Source: Ignavibacteriota bacterium
GTDB lineage: Bacteria; Bacteroidota; Ignavibacteria; UBA10030; UBA6906
Assembly (NCBI GenBank): GCA_003152875.1
Contig: PMBF01000076.1
Span: 180,604-244,603 of the forward strand
Direction: 5' to 3'
DNA length: 64,000 nt
A model generated the notes under the pieces. That model did not search any database and was not told the DNA's origin. It saw nothing but the letters and a program-made list of their open reading frames with translations. Both the position numbers and the translations under genes were made by a program. Position 1 is the stretch's first letter. Each line of letters begins with the position of its first letter. Positions 38,608 through 49,201 of this stretch are shown in pieces.

Positions 38608-38765
38608 CGCGATGCTCCTCCTGTTCCTGAGTGTCGACCCGCGGGGCGGCAGCGGCAGCCGCCGGGCAAGGGCCCGTCCCCCGGCGCGGAGGGCCCCCAC
38701 ACTGCCCCCCCGGGCCGCGGTCAACCCCCGCAGAAGCGGGTACTGCGCCGTCCGCGGCGGCGCCT

Positions 38766-40535
38766 CTACGTGCTCACGGCTGTATGCGCCGCGTTGACAA
38801 GATACCGTTTCACCTTCTGGGTTGTCGTTTTCTCGAATTCATGGTCCCGGAGATAGAATTTCCGGATCTGCTTGAACGGTGGCAGCTCCTTGTTTACCCG
38901 CTGGATCTCTCCCGCGATCGTGCTCTGCATCAGCTCGCGCGTGATCTGGATGTTCCTGGTCTCCGCAAGTTCGATGAAGGCTTCCGCATCCGGCACGACC
39001 TGGACGGCTATAATTTCGTCAAGCTTGGGATCCTCTTCGCCGTAGACCAGCGACTCCAGGATGAACGGACTCCTCTGCAGAAGATCCTCCAGCTCCTCCG
39101 GGTAGACATTCTCACCGGACTTGGAGATGATGATGTTCTTCTTCCTGCCGCTGATGTGCAGGAACCCCTCCTCGTCGATGCGGCCCAGGTCCCCCGTCTT
39201 GAACCAGCCGTCTTCGAATGCATCCAACGTGGCCCGCTCGTTCTTGTAGTAGCCGAGCATCACGTTCGGCCCTTTCGCCCAGATCTCGCCCACCCCCAGG
39301 ACATCCGGTTCGTTGATGCGGAGCGTGACTCCGGGGAGCGGAAGCCCGGCGGAATCGTCCTTGAACCGGTCGATGTGGTTCAGCGTGAGAATCGGTGAGG
39401 TCTCGGTCAGCCCATACCCCTGAACGAAATTGAACCCGAATTCCCTCAACCCCTTCGAGACTGTCGGATCCTGGGCGGCGCCGCCGGCGATGAAGAGCCT
39501 GACGGATCCGCCGAAGCGCTCGTGGATCTCCTTGAACACCTGACGCTTGGAGTTCTTCCACCCGACAACCCGGAGGAATTCCGTCGCCTTGATGAGCGGC
39601 CCGATCAGGAGGGACAGGACCTTTTTCTCGCCGATCCCCTTGTAGATGCGCTTGAACATCTTGTCGTACATCAGGGGCACGGTGAGGAGGATCGTGCTTT
39701 TCACCTGCTGCAGGTCCTCCACGACGGTCTTCAACGAACGCGCAAAATGCACGGAGGCGCCAGTGTACATCGGACAGAGCATTCCGCAGGTACAGGCGTA
39801 GGTGTGATGGATCGGGAGCACCATGAGGAAGCGGTCTTCGGATCGCACCTCGACGTTTTTCACCATCGCCATCAGGTTTTCCGCAATATTGCGCTGGCTC
39901 AGCATGACGCCCTTCGCACGGCCGAGGGACCCCGAGGTGAAGATGATCTCTGCCATCTCCTCTGGATTGACCGCGGGAAGCTCGGCGAGAGTGCACCCGG
40001 GACTCTTCTGAATGAGCTCAACCATCGACAGCATGCCTCCCGACGAGACAGGGGCGTCCATATTGATGTAGTGGCGAAGGTTCTTCATGGAACTCCGGCG
40101 CTCGGCGAAGACGGGCTCAAGAGTCTCGGAGTAGATGATCGCAACGGCGTCCGACTCGTGCAGGATGTTGAGCACCTCGTTGATCGTGAGGTTCCGGTCG
40201 ATCGGCACGACCACGTAATCGAAGCACATGCAGGTGAGATAGCTGAGCGCCCACTGGGTGCGGTTCTCGCTGATCACCGCCACGTGGCTTCGCTCCCTGA
40301 TGCCCAGCCTTTGGAGGGCGGCGCCGAACTTGAGCGCCTGCCGGAGCAGCCCGGCAAACGACAGCCTGTTGATGGGAGTATCCTTGAGATCCTCCAGGGC
40401 GAGTTTCTCGCCGTGAGCGTGTGCGGACTGGATGACCATGTCCTGGATGGATGCAATGTGCGGACCTTCTCGAAGGCTTGTCGAAGGGCTCATGGGGTTC
40501 CTCCATTTAGCAACGGGGAGCTCATAAGGCAGCAC
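38766..40535 (-). CDS. Long-chain-fatty-acid--CoA ligase (AMP-binding, FadD-like).
   Basis: AMP-binding motif IFTSGSLGRAKGV and the YGLTE motif; about 570-590 aa. Confidence 0.8.
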   Translation of the reverse strand: MLPYELPVAKWRNPMSPSTSLREGPHIASIQDMVIQSAHAHGEKLALEDLKDTPINRLSFAGLLRQALKFGAALQRLGIRERSHVAVISENRTQWALSYLTCMCFDYVVVPIDRNLTINEVLNILHESDAVAIIYSETLEPVFAERRSSMKNLRHYINMDAPVSSGGMLSMVELIQKSPGCTLAELPAVNPEEMAEIIFTSGSLGRAKGVMLSQRNIAENLMAMVKNVEVRSEDRFLMVLPIHHTYACTCGMLCPMYTGASVHFARSLKTVVEDLQQVKSTILLTVPLMYDKMFKRIYKGIGEKKVLSLLIGPLIKATEFLRVVGWKNSKRQVFKEIHERFGGSVRLFIAGGAAQDPTVSKGLREFGFNFVQGYGLTETSPILTLNHIDRFKDDSAGLPLPGVTLRINEPDVLGVGEIWAKGPNVMLGYYKNERATLDAFEDGWFKTGDLGRIDEEGFLHISGRKKNIIISKSGENVYPEELEDLLQRSPFILESLVYGEEDPKLDEIIAVQVVPDAEAFIELAETRNIQITRELMQSTIAGEIQRVNKELPPFKQIRKFYLRDHEFEKTTTQKVKRYLVNAAHTAVST

Positions 40536-42042
40536 TTAATTCCGCGAGGCGGGAAGCCGAGAGTTTTTCGACCTCCGCGTGCAGGCTGTTCCCGCCTGCA
40601 TCCATCGTCACTATCGCGGGGAAGTCCTGCACGGTGATATGCCACATCGCTTCCGGGATGCCGAATTCCAGAAAATCCACGCCGTCCACGGCACTGATGC
40701 ATTTGGTGTAATACTGGGCCGCACCGCCGATGGCATTCAGGTAGACCGCGCCGCATTCCTTCAGCGCGGCGAGCGTCTTCACCCCCATCCCCCCCTTTCC
40801 GATCACCACGCGAAGACCGAATTTACGGATCACCTCGGCCTGATAGGGTTCTTCCCGGCTGCTCGTGGTGGGTCCGGCAGCATTCAGAGACCAGCGGTCT
40901 CCCTGCTTCAGGGCGACCGGGCCGCAGTGGTAGATCGCACCGCCGTTCAGATCTACGGGCGCCTCGTGGGTCTGCAGATAGTGGTGCAGGACATCACGCC
41001 CGGTATGCATCGGTCCGCTCAGGAGGACGACATCCCCCACCTTCAATGCACGGACCTGTCCCTCCGAAAGGGGGAGCCTCAGCCTCAGCTCGCGGCCCGT
41101 GAGGGGGAGATGCTCGCTGCGCGCCATGCGGACGGCCGGGGTATCACCCTTGTACAGCCACCTTGTGATGGCGCCCGTTCGGGAATCGAGAACCACTCCC
41201 AGGCGCCGGAACGCCCAGCAATCATACGCGACGGTGACAAAAAAACTGGCGGGGAGCCTGTGATACGAGCCGACCTTGCATCCGAACAGCGTCGCTTTCC
41301 CCCCGAACCCCATGGTGCCGATCCCCAGGGTGTTGGCGCGGTCCAGAACGTACTCCTCGAGCTTCGCAAGCTCGGGGTTGGGGTTGATGTCGTCGAGCGT
41401 CCGGAACAACTGCTGCTTTGCGAATGCGTAGCCCGAGGCGCGATCCCCGCCGATGGCCACGCCAATCGCCCCCGTGCTGCACCCCTGACCCTGGGCCTGG
41501 TACACCGCGTGGAGGATGCACTTGCGGACACCGTCGAGGTTCCGGTCCGCGCGCCCCAACTCCGGGAGCTCTGCGGGGAGAGAGTACTGGATATTCTTGT
41601 TCTCACATCCGCCCCCCTTCAGGAGGAGCCTCACTTCGATTTCCCCGTCCGCCTCCCACTGGTCGAAATGCATGACCGGCGTCCCCTCGCCCAGATTATT
41701 GCCGCTGTTCTTGCCTGTGAGGGAGTCAACCGCGTTGGGCCGGAGGTGCCCAAGCCGGGTGGCCTCCGCGATCGCATCACGGATCCACTGTTTCATCACC
41801 ATCTGGTTGGCGCCGACCGGCGTCTTGATCTCGAACGTGGGGGTACCTGTATCCTGGCACAACGGGGCGCTCGTATCACACGCCATGTCGATGTTCAGCG
41901 CTATCGTGTCGAGTGCCAGCGCCGATTGCGAACCCGCCGTCTCTCCGTCCATCGTCGACCTCAGACTCCGGCGGACATCCTCAGGCAGGTTGCTGGAGGT
42001 CTCTATGACCAGAGCCAGGATGCTTTTCTTGAATTCTTCCAC
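40522..42042 (-). CDS. Class I (Fe-S dependent) fumarate hydratase, fused alpha and beta domains. The start was trimmed to a GTG just before EEFKKSILALV.
   Basis: PLCQDTGT and LLKGGGCENKN motifs (alpha domain) and IYHCGPV...GPTTS (beta domain) match FumA/FumB/TtdAB-type hydro-lyases. Confidence 0.75.
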   Translation of the reverse strand: MEEFKKSILALVIETSSNLPEDVRRSLRSTMDGETAGSQSALALDTIALNIDMACDTSAPLCQDTGTPTFEIKTPVGANQMVMKQWIRDAIAEATRLGHLRPNAVDSLTGKNSGNNLGEGTPVMHFDQWEADGEIEVRLLLKGGGCENKNIQYSLPAELPELGRADRNLDGVRKCILHAVYQAQGQGCSTGAIGVAIGGDRASGYAFAKQQLFRTLDDINPNPELAKLEEYVLDRANTLGIGTMGFGGKATLFGCKVGSYHRLPASFFVTVAYDCWAFRRLGVVLDSRTGAITRWLYKGDTPAVRMARSEHLPLTGRELRLRLPLSEGQVRALKVGDVVLLSGPMHTGRDVLHHYLQTHEAPVDLNGGAIYHCGPVALKQGDRWSLNAAGPTTSSREEPYQAEVIRKFGLRVVIGKGGMGVKTLAALKECGAVYLNAIGGAAQYYTKCISAVDGVDFLEFGIPEAMWHITVQDFPAIVTMDAGGNSLHAEVEKLSASRLAELSAAL

Positions 42043-42209
42043 GTCCCCCTCCTTCCAGGAAAGACTCCACCTATTCGCCCGACGCCGTGAGCACCCGACT
42101 CTCAGGATCCCTGCTCGCCCCGCGCTGACCGGCGTTCGGGCGGCTGACCAACCCGGCGGTAAGCACGGCCACATTCGCCGGCACCCGCCCCCACCGCCCT
42201 CTCATGCCA

Positions 42210-42941
42210 CTACGTGTATACAGGACGGGTCACATAGGGTATCGGGTCTTCAACTCCCGCCTCTCGAAACCCCCTGAGTCTCAGCGCACAACTGTCGCAG
42301 ACCCCGCAAGCGCGGTCTTCGCGCTGGTAGCACGACCAGGTCAGATGCAGAGGTGCCCTCAGCTCCATGCCCATCCTGACAATTTCCGCTTTTGTGGAGC
42401 CGATGACCGGTGTGATGATGTGGATCTCTGTGGTTGGCCTCGTCCCTTCACGGACGGCCGCTTCAAACGCCTGGAAAAACGACTTTCGGCAATCCGGGTA
42501 CCCCGATGAGTCTTCCTCCACGGCCCCAAAGAACACCGCATTCGCCCCGAGCACCTCGGCCCAGCTGACAGCAGCGGAAAGCAGGTTAGCGTTCCGGAAA
42601 GGGACATACGACGACGGAATGTCTCTGGCTCCGAGATCGGCGGGAGAGACGGGAATACTGGTATCGGTCAGGCTGGATCCGCCGATCGCCGCCAGGTGTC
42701 CCATGCGGATCACGAGACGGGATGCAGCGTCCAGTGCGCCTGCAACGTCATGAAAAGCCTTGAGTTCGCGCGCTTCGGTCCGCTGGCCGTAGCTGAAATG
42801 GAGCATCGCAATGTCGTGTGTGCGTTGAGCGATAGCGGCAGAAACGCAGCTGTCCATTCCGCCGCTCGCGAGCACAATAGCACGATCCCTCCCCATCAGA
42901 ATCCTCTCGCGGATAAGTGCATCGGAGACAGAAGCAGGCAA
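42210..42941 (-). CDS. queC: 7-cyano-7-deazaguanine synthase QueC. The true start is probably the internal Met at MGRDRAIVLASGG.
   Basis: PP-loop SGGMDS and the C-terminal Zn-binding cluster C..C..C.LR. Confidence 0.85.
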   Translation of the reverse strand: MPASVSDALIRERILMGRDRAIVLASGGMDSCVSAAIAQRTHDIAMLHFSYGQRTEARELKAFHDVAGALDAASRLVIRMGHLAAIGGSSLTDTSIPVSPADLGARDIPSSYVPFRNANLLSAAVSWAEVLGANAVFFGAVEEDSSGYPDCRKSFFQAFEAAVREGTRPTTEIHIITPVIGSTKAEIVRMGMELRAPLHLTWSCYQREDRACGVCDSCALRLRGFREAGVEDPIPYVTRPVYT

Positions 42942-43089
42942 GCTTCACAGACAGCCGGGTTCGCCACCGGTGTGGGGCATGACCCGGATACTGAAGAAAA
43001 TCTCGTTGATGGTGAGCGGGAAAGGTACCAAGGGTCCAAAGGTCTCCCAAGGTACAACTTGCGGCAGGGAAAAGCAAGGAACCAACGGC

Positions 43090-43746
43090 TCAGGACAGGT
43101 GGCTGCGGCGCGTGAGGCAGCGCATGACGGTTGCCGCCACGACGTCAGGATCGAAGGGCTTGACGATAAAATCATCAACACCCATCCGGCGGCCGGCAAT
43201 CTCGACATTCCGGTCGAGATGGGCAACCAGGAAGAGAAAGACCCCGTCGTTGCCGGGTTGAAGAGTCTTAAGCTGGTGAAAGAGCTCAAACCCCCTCGGG
43301 CCGGAATCGAAATTCACCTCAGAGAGGACCACATCAGGCAGGCAGGATGAGAGGATTTCTGCCGATTCGTCGATTGTCCCGGCCCCGACCACGGGAAAAC
43401 CGTATCCACGGAAGGTCTCGGTAAGCCCGGTAAGCACCCGTTCGTCCTGGTCAACCACCATGACGATCTCGGGGCGCCGCGCACCGGCGGCCTGGTGGTT
43501 ATTCAGCCAGTCGGCATGAACGGGCCGGCAGAGCAATCTGAGGCGCTCGTGCGTCCGGTCGCGCAGCTCAGCCGCGGCGGCGTTGCCGGGGTCAAGGGCG
43601 GTGACGATGTCGAGCACCCGCTGGGTGGCGTGATAGCGCGCCATTGCAAAGCACTCCGATGCCCGGTCCAGGTAATGCTCGACCTTGGCGTGCTGGTACG
43701 CTTCTCGAGGGGAGATCTCGGTCTGGCGTTCGATGGTGACGTCCAT
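43090..43746 (-). CDS. Atypical receiver-domain protein: an N-terminal helical region of about 100 aa plus a CheY-like REC domain in which the phospho-acceptor position reads Ser (DVVLSEVNF) instead of Asp.
   Basis: The REC hallmarks are present (IVMVVDQDE at the start, KPFD near the end), but the usual D at the end of beta-3 is S. Confidence 0.5.
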   Translation of the reverse strand: MDVTIERQTEISPREAYQHAKVEHYLDRASECFAMARYHATQRVLDIVTALDPGNAAAAELRDRTHERLRLLCRPVHADWLNNHQAAGARRPEIVMVVDQDERVLTGLTETFRGYGFPVVGAGTIDESAEILSSCLPDVVLSEVNFDSGPRGFELFHQLKTLQPGNDGVFLFLVAHLDRNVEIAGRRMGVDDFIVKPFDPDVVAATVMRCLTRRSHLS

Positions 43747-43859
43747 GAATCAGGAGTATGAGGATCTGGGTACGATGATGGTGATTCAGTATAAACAATT
43801 CCTCATCGTCCGTCTGTGCCGAACATCACACCCTGACGATCCTCCTCCGGGGACGTCTC

Positions 43860-44714
43860 CTAAGGAGCGATCAGCCCCGAACTGAGGAGCACGACCAGGA
43901 CCAAACCAAGCGCCAAACGATACCAGACAAAGACCAGAGTGGTGTTTTTCATCAGATAATGCAGGAGCCAGGCTATCGCAGCGTACCCTGTGATCCCGGA
44001 CACAAGTGTGGCAATGACAAGGTTTCCCATCCCGAGGGAGAAGACGTCACCGTGAATCTTGGTCAGCTCGTAGAGACCGCTCGCAAGAACCGCCGGCACG
44101 CTCAGGAGGAAGGAGAACCTGGCCGCCGATTCGCGCGTGAACCCGAGAAACAGGCCGGCAGTGATCGTCGTTCCGGATCGTGACGATCCGGGTATCAGCG
44201 CGCATGCCTGGGCAATGCCGACCAGCAGCGCATCCAGCCAGGTGAGGCTTTCGAGGTGCCGTGTGCGGCCGGCAACCCGTTCCGCGAGCCAGAGAAGGAG
44301 TGCAAGCCCGATCATGCTGCCGGCAATGACCGGAAGGCTCTTGGTTAGGGCTCCCTCGATCAGGTTCTTCAGACCGAACCCGAACACTCCCACAGGCAGC
44401 GTCCCCACGATGACCAGGAGCGCAAGCCGCGTCTCCGGCGCCTGAGTACCCCACCCTCTCATCAGAGCGCCCGACCCGGCAGCGCGGAAGAATGACGAAG
44501 CCATGCCGATGAGATCGGACCAGAAGTAGACTACCACCGCCGCCATGGTCCCGAGCTGGATGACAGCCATGTACTCGGTCCAGAGCTCCGGATGCAGAGG
44601 ATCGATGAGATGGAGCGCCTTTGCAGCAAGCGTCAGATGGGCCGTGCTGCTGATCGGAAGAAACTCGGACAGTCCCTGGATCAGTCCGAGCAACACTGCA
44701 ACAATGGGGTTCAC
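43860..44714 (-). CDS. uppP: Undecaprenyl-diphosphate phosphatase (UppP/BacA).
   Basis: GLSEFLPISSTAHL motif; 8 TM helices; about 284 aa. Confidence 0.9.
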   Translation of the reverse strand: MNPIVAVLLGLIQGLSEFLPISSTAHLTLAAKALHLIDPLHPELWTEYMAVIQLGTMAAVVVYFWSDLIGMASSFFRAAGSGALMRGWGTQAPETRLALLVIVGTLPVGVFGFGLKNLIEGALTKSLPVIAGSMIGLALLLWLAERVAGRTRHLESLTWLDALLVGIAQACALIPGSSRSGTTITAGLFLGFTRESAARFSFLLSVPAVLASGLYELTKIHGDVFSLGMGNLVIATLVSGITGYAAIAWLLHYLMKNTTLVFVWYRLALGLVLVVLLSSGLIAP

Positions 44715-44753
44715 GAATCCTCCCTGGAAGTGGATACCTGGCAGCGCAAGCCT

Positions 44754-45158
44754 CTATGGTTTCTCACACAGCTCCGTCAGCACGCCGAACGTCGATCGAG
44801 GATGAAGAAACCCCGTCTCCATGCCTTCCGCCCCTTTTTTCGGACGCGCGTCTATCAGCTCTACCCCTTTTGTTTGCGCCTCGTCAAGAGCAGCCTCGAG
44901 GCCCTCGACGCCGTACGCCACATGGTGAATTCCCTCTCCCCTCTTCGCTATGAACTTCCCGATCGGCCCGTCAGGTGCGGTCGACTCCAGGAGCTCAATC
45001 TTGGTCTGGCCGGCCTTGAAGAAGGCGGTCCTGACGCTCTGGGCGGGAACCTCCTCCACGGCATAGCATTTCAGGCCAAGGACATTCTCGTACCAGGCGA
45101 TGGCATCCTCAAGGTTTCTGACCGCGATGCCGATGTGTTCGACGTGTGTCACCTTCAT
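44754..45158 (-). CDS. Methylmalonyl-CoA epimerase (VOC/glyoxalase-like family). The start was trimmed to MKVTHVEH.
   Basis: HIGIAVRNL...GEGIHHVAY VOC metal-binding pattern; immediately downstream of the methylmalonyl-CoA mutase gene. Confidence 0.75.
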   Translation of the reverse strand: MKVTHVEHIGIAVRNLEDAIAWYENVLGLKCYAVEEVPAQSVRTAFFKAGQTKIELLESTAPDGPIGKFIAKRGEGIHHVAYGVEGLEAALDEAQTKGVELIDARPKKGAEGMETGFLHPRSTFGVLTELCEKP

Positions 45159-45165
45159 GGATCTC

Positions 45166-46863
45166 TCAGATGATGATTCGTTCCCGGTGTTCACCAAACA
45201 CTTCGCGCATCGTGTTGCAGATCTCCCCCACGCTGGCATAGGCCCGGACGGCGGCAAGAATTGCCTGCATGACATTCTCCTCCCCGGCGGCGGCAGTCTT
45301 CAGCGCGGCCAGACTCTCCGTGACTGCCGAGTTATCACGTTCTGCCCGGACCTTCCGCAGGGCTGCGATCTGATCGTCCTGCGTTTTCCGGTCGACTCTC
45401 AACAGGCCGCCGGGTTTTTCTTCCTTGACCTGATACCTGTTCACGCCGACAACAATCCGTTCCCCCGCTTCGACCTCCCGGCAGTAGCGGTATGCCGCCT
45501 TCTGGATTTCGGCCTGCACGAAGCCCGATTCGATGGCATCGATCATTCCTCCCATCCCATCGATGGTCTCGATGTACCGGACGGCCTCCTCCTCGATCCG
45601 GTCCGTCAGCGCTTCCAGGTAGAACGAGCCGGCGAGGGGGTCCACCGTGTTCCCGACGCCGCTTTCGTGGGCAATGATCTGCTGGGTGCGGAGCGCGATG
45701 CGGACGGATTCCTCTGTGGGCAGCGCGAGCGCTTCGTCGCGCGAGTTGGTATGGAGCGACTGCGTCCCGCCCAGTACCGCCGCAAGGGCCTGGATGGTCA
45801 CCCGGACGATGTTGTTGTCGACCTGCTGCGCCGTGAGGGTGGAACCGGCCGTCTGGGCATGGAACCGCAGCATCAGCGATTTGTCGTTTTTTGCCCCGAA
45901 CCGCTCTTTCATGATGCGCGCCCAGAGGCGCCGCGCGGCTCTGTATTTCGCCACCTCTTCGAGCAGATCGTTGTGGGCATTAAAGAAGAATGAGAGGCGC
46001 CCGGCAAAGGAGTCGACGTCCAGCCCCGCCCGCACCGCCGCACCCACATATTCGATGCCGTTCGCCAGCGTGAAGCCCACCTCCTGCGCGGCAGTCGACC
46101 CCGCCTCGCGGATGTGATAGCCGGAGATCGAGATCGTGTTCCATTTCGGCAGCTCCCGCGCACAGTATTCGAAGATATTCGTGATCAGCCTCATTGAAGG
46201 CTTCGGCGGGTAGATGTAGGTGCCGCGGGCGATATACTCCTTCAGGATGTCGTTCTGGACGGTGCCGCTGAGCAGCCCGCGCTCGACGCCCTGTTTCTCC
46301 CCCACAGCGATGTACATTGCCAGCAGCACTGGTGCCGGAGCATTGATCGTCATGGAGGTGGATACCCTGTCGAGGGGGATACCGGCGAACAACACTTCCA
46401 TGTCCGCCAGTGTGTCGATCGCCACGCCCACCTTTCCCACCTCCCCGTCGGCCAGGGGCGCGTCGCTGTCGAGCCCGATTTGGGTCGGAAGGTCAAAGGC
46501 AACCGAAAGACCCATCTGACCCTGCTCGAGCAGGAATCGATACCTCCGGTTGGATTCGCGCGCGGTGCCGAAGCCCGCATACTGGCGCATCGTCCAGAAC
46601 CGACCCCGGTACATGTTTGGCTGGATCCCGCGGGTGAATGGATACTGTCCGGGAAAACCCAGGCGCCCAGTCTCGTGCTTGCGGTCCACGTCGGCCCCGG
46701 TATAGAGCGGATTCACGGGATCGGACGAGGCTGTGGTGAGCGCCTCCTTCCGTTCCGGGGTCTTTTCAATCGTCTTCCGGTAGACGTCCTCGTACCACCG
46801 GACGAACGCCTTCCGCACATCATCGGGAAGCGATGGGGGAAGGGCAGGATCTTCGTCTTGCAT
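45166..46863 (-). CDS. Methylmalonyl-CoA mutase catalytic (large) subunit without a fused B12-binding domain (split-type MCM).
   Basis: [41 protein letters not shown]; it is about 565 aa and ends before the B12 domain. Confidence 0.8.
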   Translation of the reverse strand: MQDEDPALPPSLPDDVRKAFVRWYEDVYRKTIEKTPERKEALTTASSDPVNPLYTGADVDRKHETGRLGFPGQYPFTRGIQPNMYRGRFWTMRQYAGFGTARESNRRYRFLLEQGQMGLSVAFDLPTQIGLDSDAPLADGEVGKVGVAIDTLADMEVLFAGIPLDRVSTSMTINAPAPVLLAMYIAVGEKQGVERGLLSGTVQNDILKEYIARGTYIYPPKPSMRLITNIFEYCARELPKWNTISISGYHIREAGSTAAQEVGFTLANGIEYVGAAVRAGLDVDSFAGRLSFFFNAHNDLLEEVAKYRAARRLWARIMKERFGAKNDKSLMLRFHAQTAGSTLTAQQVDNNIVRVTIQALAAVLGGTQSLHTNSRDEALALPTEESVRIALRTQQIIAHESGVGNTVDPLAGSFYLEALTDRIEEEAVRYIETIDGMGGMIDAIESGFVQAEIQKAAYRYCREVEAGERIVVGVNRYQVKEEKPGGLLRVDRKTQDDQIAALRKVRAERDNSAVTESLAALKTAAAGEENVMQAILAAVRAYASVGEICNTMREVFGEHRERIII

Positions 46864-46931
46864 GGAGCTCTCGCTGATTAACGTGCCAGAGACTTCGAGT
46901 GAGATCAGGCGGGCGTGCACCGTTGAGGGAA

Positions 46932-47273
46932 TCAGGGGCTTGACGCTATGACGAGCATCACCTGCCCTTTGGCTACCTGAGTACCCACCGCTACCGCCAC
47001 ACTCTTCACGGTGCCATCAACCGGTGAGAGGACATCGTTCTGCATTTTCATGGCCTCAAGGGTGACCAGCGGATCGCCCTTGCAGACCCTCTGGCCCGGG
47101 CGCACACTCACCCGCAGGATCATCCCCGGAATGACACAGGCAACGCTTCCGGGATCGGGCTGTGACCAGGGCTTCCGGCGCAGGAATTTGCCGGTAAGGA
47201 GTGTTTCGTACGTGGTACCCTGCACCGTCAGCTTCTGGTACCTGGGATGCTCAGATGGCATGATCGTTCCCAT
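46932..47273 (-). CDS. Biotin carboxyl carrier / biotinyl-domain protein.
   Basis: EAMKMQN biotinylation motif in a lipoyl-like beta-sandwich. Confidence 0.75.
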   Translation of the reverse strand: MGTIMPSEHPRYQKLTVQGTTYETLLTGKFLRRKPWSQPDPGSVACVIPGMILRVSVRPGQRVCKGDPLVTLEAMKMQNDVLSPVDGTVKSVAVAVGTQVAKGQVMLVIASSP

Positions 47274-47341
47274 TCACTCTTGAAGGCGGGGCCGCCGGAT
47301 ACTCCCTGCCTGGACAGGACGCGCCCCCGGGCCGCATCCAC

Positions 47342-48886
47342 TCAGAAAGGGGGGATTCCATGCTTCTTCTTCGGGCGCGATTCGGACTTGTTCGTGGAAA
47401 CCTGAATGGCATGAACAAGGAATTTTCTTGTGTCGGACGGTCCGATCACCGCGTCGATGTGGCCGCTCGCGGCGGCGACATAGGGATTGGCGAATTTCTC
47501 GCCGTACTCCGCTACCTTCTGTTTCCGTGTGGCCGCCGGATCCGCTGCGGCCGCGATTTCGTTTCTGAAGATGATGTTGGCTGCCCCTTCCGGGCCCATG
47601 ACTGCGATTTCCGCCGTCGGCCAGGCAAAGACGAAGTCCGCTCCAAGGTGGCGCGAGCACATGGCAATGTAGCCGCCGCCGTACGCCTTGCGCAGGATCA
47701 CGGTGATTTTCGGCACGGTCGCCTCGCTGTACGCGTAGAGAATCTTGGCCCCGTGCCTGATGACTCCCGCATGCTCCTGGTCGATCCCGGGCAAATATCC
47801 GGGCAGGTCAACGAGCGTCACCAGCGGAATATTAAAGGCATCGCAAAATCGTATGAACCTGGCGGCCTTGTCCGACGAATCCACATCGAGCACTCCTGCA
47901 AGGACAAGCGGCTGGTTGCCGACGACTCCCACCGTTTCTCCGTCGAGTCGCGCGAACCCGACGACAACATTCGGCGCCCAGCTCTTGTGCACCTCGAAGA
48001 AATCGGAGTTGTCACTGACGGCGCGGATGATATCGCGGATGTCGTATGGTTTCGACGGCTCCGGCGGGATGATTTTCTCGATGTCGAACCTGGGCTTGGG
48101 GGCAGTAGGCGGATATCTGTCGGGACGGCGCCCATTGTTCCATGGGATATAGGAGAGCAGCTGCTTGATCTGATGAAAGCATTCCAGCTCATTCGAGGCG
48201 ATGAAGTGCGCGTTGCCGGTAATCTCCGCCTGGACTCTGGCACCGCCGAGGTCCTCCATCGAGACCTCTTCTCCAAGGACGGTTTTGATCACCTCGGGCC
48301 CGGTGATGAACATCTTGGAGATCTTATCGACCACAAACACAAAGTCCGTCAATGCGGGCGAATAGACCGCCCCCCCGGCACAGGGACCCAGAATCACCGA
48401 CAGCTGAGGGATGATCCCCGAGGCCATGGTGTTCCGGTAGAAGATTTCGCCATAGCCGGCTAGCGAGTCCACTCCTTCCTGGATCCGGGCCCCTCCGGAA
48501 TCATTGATCCCGATCAGCGGCATCCCCATCTTCACGGCATGATCCATGATCTTCGTGATTTTCCGGGCATGCATCAGGCCCAGCGAGCCCCCGGCCACGG
48601 TGAAGTCCTGCGCATAGATGCACACGGGACGGTCAATGATCGTGCCGGTGCCTGTGATGACACCATCTCCGGGAAGAGACTTCGACTCCATGTCGAAATC
48701 ACGGCATTTGTGCTCGACAAACAGATCATATTCATGGAAGGAATGCGCATCGAGGAGTGCGGTGATCCGGTCCCTGGCGGTAAGCTTTCCCATCGCCGTC
48801 TGCTTTTCGATCGCCTTCGTGCCCCCCCCGCCCAGAAGTTTGTTCTTCCGGCGGAAGAAATCGACGTGTTTGCTTGTGGGTGCCAC
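47342..48886 (-). CDS. Acyl-CoA carboxyltransferase subunit (methylmalonyl-CoA decarboxylase alpha / propionyl-CoA carboxylase beta / transcarboxylase 12S family).
   Basis: Two crotonase-like carboxyltransferase halves; GGGG and GGARIQEG motifs. Confidence 0.85.
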   Translation of the reverse strand: MAPTSKHVDFFRRKNKLLGGGGTKAIEKQTAMGKLTARDRITALLDAHSFHEYDLFVEHKCRDFDMESKSLPGDGVITGTGTIIDRPVCIYAQDFTVAGGSLGLMHARKITKIMDHAVKMGMPLIGINDSGGARIQEGVDSLAGYGEIFYRNTMASGIIPQLSVILGPCAGGAVYSPALTDFVFVVDKISKMFITGPEVIKTVLGEEVSMEDLGGARVQAEITGNAHFIASNELECFHQIKQLLSYIPWNNGRRPDRYPPTAPKPRFDIEKIIPPEPSKPYDIRDIIRAVSDNSDFFEVHKSWAPNVVVGFARLDGETVGVVGNQPLVLAGVLDVDSSDKAARFIRFCDAFNIPLVTLVDLPGYLPGIDQEHAGVIRHGAKILYAYSEATVPKITVILRKAYGGGYIAMCSRHLGADFVFAWPTAEIAVMGPEGAANIIFRNEIAAAADPAATRKQKVAEYGEKFANPYVAAASGHIDAVIGPSDTRKFLVHAIQVSTNKSESRPKKKHGIPPF

Positions 48887-49201
48887 GGTCCTCCCTGGGA
48901 ATCGTCAAGGGAAATCTGCATCGGGATTTTCAATTTACTGAAAAAAACCGTGAGAGGGAAGGCAGCTTTCGAATAGAAGGTTTGTTGAAGACCGACGAAG
49001 CCTCGTCTTCAGTGAGTACCTTGGGTGAGTCGACCGGGGCAGCCTGCTGGCCATTGCCTTTTTTCGTCGTCCAAAGAGAGGAGGCGTCCGGGAGGGAAAA
49101 TGGAAGAGTGCGCAATTCGAGGGGGGATCAGCTCCCCGGCCGGCCTGCTTGATGGTTCAAGAGATGACGGGGGAGAGCGGATGAGGGGGATGTGGGACTC
49201 T

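Noticed and set aside
43090-43746. Considered whether this protein is the missing B12-binding small subunit of the split methylmalonyl-CoA mutase.
   Set aside because: It has no DxHxxG/GG B12 motif, and it has clear receiver-domain landmarks (KPFD, N-terminal acidic pocket).
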